Shown piece by piece: positions 57,201 to 62,075 of a stretch of DNA of 64,000 nt (positions are counted from its first letter, which is position 1; every line of letters starts with the position of its first letter). Both the position numbers and the translations under genes were made by a program. The notes under the pieces were generated by a model. That model was not told where the DNA came from, ran no database searches, and saw nothing but the letters and a program-made list of their open reading frames with translations. This stretch comes from Cenarchaeum sp. (lineage in GTDB: Archaea; Thermoproteota; Nitrososphaeria; Nitrososphaerales; Nitrosopumilaceae): NCBI GenBank assembly GCA_963693095.2, contig OY843768.1, positions 448,001 to 512,000 of the forward strand, written 5' to 3'.

Positions 57201-60200
57201 AGGACCTGACCTTGGGTGATGATCGCATATCCCTGCTGTTCAGCCACGATGTGGAAGAGTCCACCATCCTGGGCAGCCTGGTACTGCCATCAACCATGAC
57301 AGTGCGGGGAGACGACCCTGTGTCATTCCAAAGACTCAACAACAAATTGGTCCATGTGGACGTGACGAGGACGCCGGACCTCGTGGAGAGCGTCACAATA
57401 CGGGACACGATACGCTCAACAGAGGGCCACCGGCCGCTCGGCGACCAGGTGATCAGCAAGTCGACCACCTCACAATCCCTCAACGATGCTGACGTGTCTC
57501 CTGACGGACGGTCAATATTGCTCAACTTTGACGCCGAAATCTCTGCAACCACGGCAGTCGTGGCCGCCTTTGAGCTCCCGACAGGAGTCAGCTTTGCCGC
57601 ATCTAGCCCCGTGGTGACCACGGCAGGCTCTACTCTCGTCACGCTCAACCTGTCCTCACAGCTGCCCAGGGGCATTCACACAATCTCGACAAAGGAGACA
57701 CCCGCACTGGTCAGTACGACTAGCTCCGTCCTGTATCCGGGCACGCACACAATTACGTGGGATCCGGAACCACACGTCCTTGAGCACGTCTCGACGTCGC
57801 CGGACGGACGGACAATAACGCTCCACTTTAGCAGGTCAGTGGACACGAGCACGCTCACGCCGGCCAACATTGCGCTCTCGACGGGCACTGCGCTAACGCA
57901 GTCCCAGATATCGCATGCCGTCGGCCCCAGGGTGACGATCACGCTTGATGCGCCGCTGGCCACAGGCACGCACTCTGTGACTGTGCGCACGGGCGTGACT
58001 GCGTCAGGGTACCCACTGCCCAGCGAGACGGTCAGGTCGTTTGTCCACATGCCGTCTGCGCCATCCATCACCTCGGCGTCGCTCTCAGATGACGGGCGAA
58101 CAGTGACGCTGGTCTTTAGCCACGCGCTGGACTCGGCCACAGTCACGCCTGCGGCCCTGTCATACTCTGAGGCCCTTGAAGGCGTGGTCGGGGACAGAAC
58201 GCGCCTGATCATAGATCACGACGATCTCTCCGGACCGGGGGCGGCACCAACACTGTCATACGACCCTGACACGTCGACTAGTGGGACCATTGCCCTCAAT
58301 GGCGTCTCCACGTCGCTGGTGGAGGAGACGCCATCCCTGGCCGTGGCTGACGGCATCCCGCCGCGGCTCGTCGGCGACCCCGAGCTAGTGGGCTGGTCAT
58401 TTGGCAAGATTTTTGGGCCTGACAGCACCGAGCCTCCCCCACGAAACCTGCAAGACGCCGTTAGGTTCACGTTTAGCGAACCGATGAACAGGGATGACCT
58501 GATCGTCACATTCGATGTTGGCGGCGCACAGGTTTCTGCTGCGCCGGGTCAGTTCGCTTTCTATCAGGGTTCTAGTGTGATGGCCCCTGGTAACACCTTT
58601 CTTAACACGCATAGAGGACAAATTATTTTCCCTTTGACATACAAGACCGACGCGGGGATAGTTCGATTTGCCCCCTTGCCTGAATATCGGGATGAATCTA
58701 CGTGGGGCCAGGTCATTCCTGGCTATAACAGCTTTGATCTTCCCCGAGCTGCGCTTGGTGCACACCTTGACACCACGAACATGATATACACGATCTATAA
58801 TCAGGGCGGTGCGACCACAGAGGGTCTTGGTTTCGTTCGATTTATAGATCTGGCAAATCACCCGACCGTTCAACTACGAGACGTGGCCGGAAATCCGTAC
58901 ATTCCCGACCAGTCCAGGAAACATGATGAATTTATCCTAGAGACAGACACTGTGGGTCCGAAGTTTCGTGCCAAAGTGGCCTCGCCGACACAGATCAATG
59001 TAGAGTATCTGGAACCCGTGGAGATCAAGCAGGGTCGGGAGCTGCGATCCGCTGATTGGAGGATAGATCTGACGCCAGACGACGATAGTGACAACGAAGA
59101 CGGCAACCCCAATTGGATTGGGCCCACGGCAGTCACTCACGCGTTTGACGAGTTCCCCAACCCCGAATTCCTCTCCTATGGTGACCTTGGAACCAGGTCG
59201 AGACTCACGGTCATGCTCACAGTAGACCCGCCAACGGAGACTGTGAATGCCATGTCGCCCCTTGACGCGACTTCCCTTAACGTGCACTATGTCGCAAGCT
59301 CGGCAGATGTCGCCGATGCGCGCTCTCATGACGCCGTTGTGCCATTCGCCTTCGAGTACCGTCCAGGGGTAACTGACAACACAGGCCATGACGAAATCGC
59401 GCCGGCTGCGGCATCACTGGTGACCACAGTCGAGCGACCGACTGCCACGGAGGGGGAGTTTGCCGAACGAACAGGCGCGTTTGCGCATTACGCGATGGCT
59501 GGTGACAGGATCACGGTCAGCGCAGTGCTTGACTCACCGGCGCTTGCTGCAACCGCTGACGCGGGAGTGGACGTGGGCGTGCTCACGCCGTACCTGGAGC
59601 TGGGAACATACGCTGTGAACATGGAACAGGGCACCCCGCCGCAATACAGCGTCGTAATTCCCACGACAGTCACTGATGCTGACGGGATAGCGTTTGCCGC
59701 AGACACTAGCCACGCCGTGACGTACGTTGCCTCGCCGCCGACACTCTCAAACCCGAGCTTTGGCGCCCCGTCGAGGATATTCATTGAGACAAGCGAGCCG
59801 CTAGATGACACGACGCTAACGCCCACTAGCGTCAGAGTGGAAGGGCTTGAGACGGTGCGGGTTGACCGCGAGATCGACCGCGTGGTGATAAACACGCGAC
59901 ATGACGCGATCCCAGGAAAATCGTACACGATCCGCATTGCCGACACGGTCACTGACACTGACGGGGTTGCCACGGCCGCAACGACGCTGTCGGTGCAATA
60001 TCCCGTAAAGGCAACTGCGACTGCAAGGTTTGCCAATGACAATCGTCTGGTTATAACGACCAGCGAGTGGATCGTCGAGAGCAATATATTGGACAGATAC
60101 GTATCGCTCTCTGCAGTCGGGGGCACGTCGGAACCGCTGGATCTCGAATCCGCTACATTCTTCTTCCCGCATCTCGGATTTAATATTGATGATGACGTGC

Positions 60201-60943
60201 CGACTGGCACGTACGAGCTCACATTCTCTGACTCGTTCGTGACGAGCGCGGGCACGACGTTTGAGAGCCCGATCCTAGTTGAGCATGTGGCAGGCCTGCG
60301 GACGCCAGAGGGGGCGCCGACGGCATCCAACGTGAGGTTCTTTGGCCCGGAGCACATACAGTTCGAGATGGACCAGTATCCTGCCACATCGACGCTTGAG
60401 AACATTGAGGTTCCGACTCTTGGGGTAAAGCGCGTCTCGCGCGACGCACTGACGATCACGCTGGCCCTGGAGGGCCGCGCCGACAGGGTATCGTGGCAAG
60501 CGTCGTGGATCGTGCCGACTGCGGACTCTACGACGCTGACGCAGGGCCCAATTGACTTTACGATCACCGCCACGGATGCGGCCGGCAACGCAGGCGACAT
60601 TGGGCAGTCAAGCGTGTCGACGGGAACCAACAATGCCATAGTCGACACGACGATGCCGACATTTGAGGCGGCCATCGTGGCCTCGGACCGCACGAGCGTG
60701 ACGTTCGTCGAGCCTGCGCGCGGGACGATCGTGGCGTCCGAGTGGTGCGTCGAGGGCATCGCCTCGGTGGGAGTGTCAGCTGACGGTGTAGAGTTTGCGC
60801 CGTCATACGCTGTCGTTGACGCGGCGACAGTCACGGAGGGCCAGACGTTCATCCTGCGCCATACGGCAGTGCCGCACGGAACCGAGCCGACAGTAGAGTA
60901 CTCGCCAAGCGAGCCGTGCGCGCCAGATGCGCCCAGCGGATAA
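45272..60943 (+). CDS. Giant (~5,220 aa) secreted Ser/Thr-rich protein of tandem Ig-like (Big_5/SwmB-like) domains
   Basis: Signal peptide MWAWRAAVVALVGVVALGAISGVMA-QE. Dozens of ~100-aa beta units follow (D..PP....A......VT.SEP...D.AGN). No C-terminal TM anchor. Confidence 0.9.
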   Translation: MWAWRAAVVALVGVVALGAISGVMAQEALTASPLTTRTLVDGVPTQVHAKVGSTISISVETSSAVTITTSDVSFFGRGSQAVAPTSVTGSGTSWEVRLNVVNSHVEGPLRFWITAHDAVMPTSTITLTEADIAGHHVSIDRTRPEFTITPTSSTTTLVTLNEPLSPLVAASRELDVSRWCVNDSQTRQIMCSPDADYNRDVTSATVLSLGLSPVILLTHEPVVHLSDMVVVFDHHDTSTPFLFTDAALNLPAIPASQSGVDASMQRIFVSPPAASSDHVFPFTAEYDVGNRRILVRMGDAIGLTGNLTPANWRVEHGEPSPDVTTNDLLTRTITQSPPSETDLHVRYIGLVPAATVPENANLWVTYTPGGSPPLRVGTAGMILTGSAQFALNPDTRPTTLTVSAQRDSGSGPASYDGDLRASDTITVTMRLREATLSTSVPTISFFGEAAVDMTGTAGGRDWTATLAVRDDDASTDGVNEGTPEGSVEFDITATNVGLTAVRYDESHVTDGSSVSVDRTPPQVRTAKFVDSRSEIHVVPDEPVSHTSLTDLFTATSGGSEVELSDVTFDALRGAYVIEITAAAQGSTYVLTPTAGAITDGAGNALAGSFSVVDESAAPTVTSMSLDVLRADEAGMYVLRSGAHAEYAMADDVIRVTLGLNEITHPITVPTVRFFDQQTPVAMNGSPGDMAWTADFLVTSMTREGSVEFDIVALDYVGNAADIDETGVTDMSDAIVDLTAPLASPSMTFSYTATPTGFTLFFAEDLDDTTVMTSAFVLKSPEGGVVMQSAAPTYAASTPSAQAGVSFTTAALSDGDHTVEIATSLTDRAGNSYVADDVTVYVDTTAPTVTGIATESSTTTIVTLDEAVMADGNAAQRLRHWTVTDDDPDGSSGPIEAPVRAISNVEVIDTEGMAAASGERIRITHASLASTASTPTVAYTPVSTDVGGIGAVTLGLVTDASPPLATRLAAVPATEADDLASPTANDPSFTNARTITFTLSEPVVRTFLERTTVSPSLGTVTVSVDGLRVTLSGTTNAIDGTTYSIEVPSAVNDLRCVGMPDTCEPNMFSLDSVELVYGDTYAPTADSATFLSSSRIDVEVSETLDADTLSGITVSPPLGTLTVTQFDLTVVISFTGTPSAGTEYTVTIPTTVTDAATPPNAFALTTLTETYSADMTQPTLVSATQTSYGVFVLRFSEPITGTTTTGDWFVWDNRAPDLDPDAIRFPAIVNVALDGGFATSATSLTIPGTGALVREITLSVRVESTESRPIVQHVGSGLTDLSGNILRDTDRSNEHGSVRTIDEAPPESLGIVVESTRARQADLVPGIDIGTQLVKTGDTVTFTVEFDGSSSALRTVFPRTTLEVNPTIQYVRGGTTYPLAYHSDVENWSHTLAITGDMPDGLLVPFITIKDQAGNIGEYLGASTNPNACDRIADAIPANRATGCLQGVGLEQGLPRLFPTVDNSPPVIESAETTTTTTTLVTLDEPVLTSTGTPAQIADNWAMTSGTDTVNVSSAAVDGSEVTLTHDTLDTYATPTLTYTRGTTEDAGRIIDRVDNSLAQADSVPVADGTAPAFVSATIGASPSRTVTVIFSEDIARSSVSATTIMLEDSDGTAVGGTLLYHDPDNEDTVAITFPSSAVALDGMYTLRITTGITDASPQANPLPAEATASIALNTEAPYMVSATTRLPASSLLALSGYNTQPGPVSTVLHLYDGAQSRSVVPSPLSAITTVTLSEPVTTPGSATMENVRSHWKVAAGSTDLTVTSVAVSGRTVAITHSIPASTDSTFTVTHTVGDSAGLVMDSANANIADDENAQSSDGIIPLWSARLTGPTTALVTFSEPVMQVPGTTAIDAWRASGRGDLADQRMGEDRYSRANDGDRRLASATLSDDGRSMTLEMSAAIPTDDRAYSATNLPWIKYYPGAFARQSPVPATAIANTIVDLAGNALTDRVYQTGDGIAPVLTVASFDGTTMSVTSSRPLDSATIQGGNFVLRGPGSLTTTHTPTLVAGGTTSAFSLAFSPALTLSGSYTMVLGDVYDTVTTQHPGETRAGNRLVLSEPTVMFLPSGATNPVLASAETLTKTTTQVTFNQPVEGMTSRSQWTITSQGLTINVLGVAAGSATPVDSADPITVARSGATLTMTLLHDAISSGLTPGIDYDPAGDTSIADANRLRDNSNNAVLGTGTTGPTATDGIPPQVSDATFIARNGLRLTFEEPLAQASVTAMGTTFTITDPSGDPVSLASDNPVSYSASSQSVTLILEDFTTEHGDYGITIVGVTDTVSPTANSCTAMTCTTTADREVQLPVLGTTGSLVASVLSGDPLAAKSTNPNIATGGDTLRVALTLAGIVPDPAAPSVIDSALLRDIDIPTISFFGGAEVIMTDVTQAGSPAKSSWSIDYIVPSTPQRDAQAEFSITIGHNLDTATFTRAELTSGTAVSVDTKPPGLSASAADPLYTRTEAVGATAGLGSARNAQVGDVMLVVLTTDEPLSGVILGDATFSSGRAATDVSSDHTSRGITPALPEDTYVYSRTVASDEPEGPVEFSITVRDAVGNTDTLDADDLPTGDDATGYRLSVDRTAPTVSSAMFTSPTVLTITFGESGIQTLPATLTLTRTSTPGTTTSTLTATLSGEPDGASVTYTVPAIQPYAPESAEYTFTLPATILDDALNAYVPPADAIMVSESPVTISSAETSSTTVTDVTLSAPPAALGTDATPATPATPAQIASHWSVSEVIDGTTVTREVTGAAITDSTIRLTHAPLASSSSTPSVAYTAPASRAVGQLVDATSSTLSVQTFSGTAADGAPPVMTARFTTPAIITVTLDSPYVTTPAERAPALSNTMSPMDNAATFTLAQAPPTTLTLSLGGTVDDGTYEFTITVYDSNGNMGVQAFSLDRDSTSIFASARTLSHTSVEVSFALGTALAQGVTSLDPARWTVITPVEGAQGATTITVASVSALADNKVTLTLASPGMVASDGTPDTAATPTVKYTRGVGDAVEILGSTSEELMSDSKRATDAAPPTPHSAVTSSTANGERLVMAFSEPLYVGSVAAPGITDAEITSQLSIHVDGATEGTAPSSISRSSDGTELTLTYTGVSLNPVAASTFVRYDGTLPVGERILDVVPNTLSNAALDTLVTDMIVPSISSARTAGATTTEVTYDEPIALVGDPASLYAIEFPAGTTTSPGSVAIKTGDPSVAVLTHSSVTYGVDSTATLAYTAGTAVLSVTDAAAGANRAEAATEVRIADGIAPKITGVETESQTTTIVTLDGPVTAGGDAAQRSRHWTVTDVDPDGTGPVAAPDRAVSGVDTIDAAGAIATSGMSIRLTHAELSDTASTPTVAYVARVDSNADGTIDASDEPSRVIDPAVDVSSMPAPNILAGYTTTAIDKAPPVITARFATATSITLTLSEPIERTTALLTRSNWDIDSAGTGDNPRLLQTSTQTETAVSYPASTPLSMTIRLNDAASDNVHTLTIPAGIVDRADTPNAYVASRALTVDPIAGVAFTASATGQSTIEITFTTDVERIGSAPLATSAWIVYETPTQGTQAERIPISSVSALADNKVTLTLSPSPGRDAQTSTGKTPYVEYVRDTSEFRDVATRVPLAAEASAVATDDTDPTIKSARTSSTTQITVTLNEPVGFVGTGANAPSTAGQIAQWSACVPPEGSSSCTVAETLSSIGIAISGSTVTLNFAPADEWETDVVPVVTYRNIDEPEDSETPVADLSERARARLVDVNGNGMDAVSYQSADGVAPVIVSASTASVRSINVVLSEVSVFAPASSTSAQRGPHWTATVDGTSSAGSTAAISTVSGTSTLTFRVASEGAWTGDDSPTVAYVDPAGAGRVTDVHGNAMLVASGVMTTNVAAPELLSARTVSLGRTEVVVSKPAQINAGTAAQVIGHWSLLDIDGGDAGDAPDPVTIRGVRLDDSISHEPASSVVELSLSGSLPNGVHEITARNTIASTGGTTPSSDQTTRITSYVPPMVFEDLTLGDDRISLLFSHDVEESTILGSLVLPSTMTVRGDDPVSFQRLNNKLVHVDVTRTPDLVESVTIRDTIRSTEGHRPLGDQVISKSTTSQSLNDADVSPDGRSILLNFDAEISATTAVVAAFELPTGVSFAASSPVVTTAGSTLVTLNLSSQLPRGIHTISTKETPALVSTTSSVLYPGTHTITWDPEPHVLEHVSTSPDGRTITLHFSRSVDTSTLTPANIALSTGTALTQSQISHAVGPRVTITLDAPLATGTHSVTVRTGVTASGYPLPSETVRSFVHMPSAPSITSASLSDDGRTVTLVFSHALDSATVTPAALSYSEALEGVVGDRTRLIIDHDDLSGPGAAPTLSYDPDTSTSGTIALNGVSTSLVEETPSLAVADGIPPRLVGDPELVGWSFGKIFGPDSTEPPPRNLQDAVRFTFSEPMNRDDLIVTFDVGGAQVSAAPGQFAFYQGSSVMAPGNTFLNTHRGQIIFPLTYKTDAGIVRFAPLPEYRDESTWGQVIPGYNSFDLPRAALGAHLDTTNMIYTIYNQGGATTEGLGFVRFIDLANHPTVQLRDVAGNPYIPDQSRKHDEFILETDTVGPKFRAKVASPTQINVEYLEPVEIKQGRELRSADWRIDLTPDDDSDNEDGNPNWIGPTAVTHAFDEFPNPEFLSYGDLGTRSRLTVMLTVDPPTETVNAMSPLDATSLNVHYVASSADVADARSHDAVVPFAFEYRPGVTDNTGHDEIAPAAASLVTTVERPTATEGEFAERTGAFAHYAMAGDRITVSAVLDSPALAATADAGVDVGVLTPYLELGTYAVNMEQGTPPQYSVVIPTTVTDADGIAFAADTSHAVTYVASPPTLSNPSFGAPSRIFIETSEPLDDTTLTPTSVRVEGLETVRVDREIDRVVINTRHDAIPGKSYTIRIADTVTDTDGVATAATTLSVQYPVKATATARFANDNRLVITTSEWIVESNILDRYVSLSAVGGTSEPLDLESATFFFPHLGFNIDDDVPTGTYELTFSDSFVTSAGTTFESPILVEHVAGLRTPEGAPTASNVRFFGPEHIQFEMDQYPATSTLENIEVPTLGVKRVSRDALTITLALEGRADRVSWQASWIVPTADSTTLTQGPIDFTITATDAAGNAGDIGQSSVSTGTNNAIVDTTMPTFEAAIVASDRTSVTFVEPARGTIVASEWCVEGIASVGVSADGVEFAPSYAVVDAATVTEGQTFILRHTAVPHGTEPTVEYSPSEPCAPDAPSG

Positions 60944-60959
60944 GCCCTGCGGGCCGGCC

Positions 60960-62075
60960 CTATAGGGGCCTGAGCCCCGATATTGCGGCTAGGAGGCGAA
61001 GGTTCTGCAATGGCTCGGCCTGTAGGGATTTTGTCGGCGTGAGTCCCTGAACCTCCCCTAGAACCTGCCTTTTAATCTCTGCACTCTCGGCCCCGTGCGA
61101 GTCCTGCCTGCATGCGACCATGGTGTCATTTAGCAACCCTATGGCATCCTGCCTGCTGATGTGCGACTCTGCCACGGCCTTTAGGCATGACGCATACAGC
61201 CATGTCTTTAAGATGCTTAACTTTTGCGCGTCCTCGTCATATATGAAATTCCTAGAGAGGTACTGGCTCTTAAACTTGTTAAACATGCCCCTCTGCTCGT
61301 CTCCCATGCGTATGCCGTCGGCAAAGCTCAGCTGCTCGCTCAGGAACCTGTCTGTGTGCTCCAACACCTCGTCAATTGACGCGTCAGTCGAGGCGTGATC
61401 CACCTTGAACTGCGTGATGGTCGGAAATGTGGTAATGGCATCGTCTATGTCCTTTGGGCTTGATCCGTCTAGCAATACGCCCACATCGTACATCTGCTTT
61501 GGCGCGGCAATGTCCTTCTTCCTGACCGAGTAGCCGATGCTCCCAAAGGAGAGGGACGAGATCTTGTCTGCTAGCAGTGCACCTCGTGTGCTGGCCACTA
61601 TGTCGTGCGTCGTCTCTCCGGCGTACGTCTTGAACCCCCTGGGAATCGTGCAGTGTGGCACATTGACGTTGACGTCATGCATTATGTCTAGCTTAATGCG
61701 GTCTTTCTTGTTGTCCTTGCCGAACTTTGTCTCATATTTCACCGTAAAGCGCGTCACAACGCCTATTCGCTCCATGGGCCGGTCTGGCTTGCACTTTAGT
61801 CCCGCATCCACCATAATCTCGGGCACGACTGACTTTATGCGCTCCTTAGTCTCGCTCGTGAGTATGTCGACGTCCACGCTTAGGCGCGAGGCTTCTGTCC
61901 TGCCAACATAGAACGGCATGCACAGGCCGCCACGAAGGGTGCATCTGACTCTTTTCGACAGCAGCTCGAGGACGTAAAAGTCCATCATTAGCTTTTCCAC
62001 GTTTTCTGGTATGGCAAAATTGTACAGCATTGCGATTCGCTCTATTGCCTCCCTGCTGTGCATGTACCATGTCAT
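60960..62075 (-). CDS. AbiEii/AbiGii-like nucleotidyltransferase (type IV TA toxin family)
   Basis: EKL..D...LE, LRGG.C...Y...RLSVDVD (GG and DxD motifs), IKLD, LLADK and KQMYD. Confidence 0.85.
   Translation of the reverse strand: MTWYMHSREAIERIAMLYNFAIPENVEKLMMDFYVLELLSKRVRCTLRGGLCMPFYVGRTEASRLSVDVDILTSETKERIKSVVPEIMVDAGLKCKPDRPMERIGVVTRFTVKYETKFGKDNKKDRIKLDIMHDVNVNVPHCTIPRGFKTYAGETTHDIVASTRGALLADKISSLSFGSIGYSVRKKDIAAPKQMYDVGVLLDGSSPKDIDDAITTFPTITQFKVDHASTDASIDEVLEHTDRFLSEQLSFADGIRMGDEQRGMFNKFKSQYLSRNFIYDEDAQKLSILKTWLYASCLKAVAESHISRQDAIGLLNDTMVACRQDSHGAESAEIKRQVLGEVQGLTPTKSLQAEPLQNLRLLAAISGLRPL

Noticed and set aside
45272-60943. Diversity-generating retroelement acting on the giant gene
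   Set aside because: There is no reverse transcriptase in the window and no TR/VR pair differing only at adenines.
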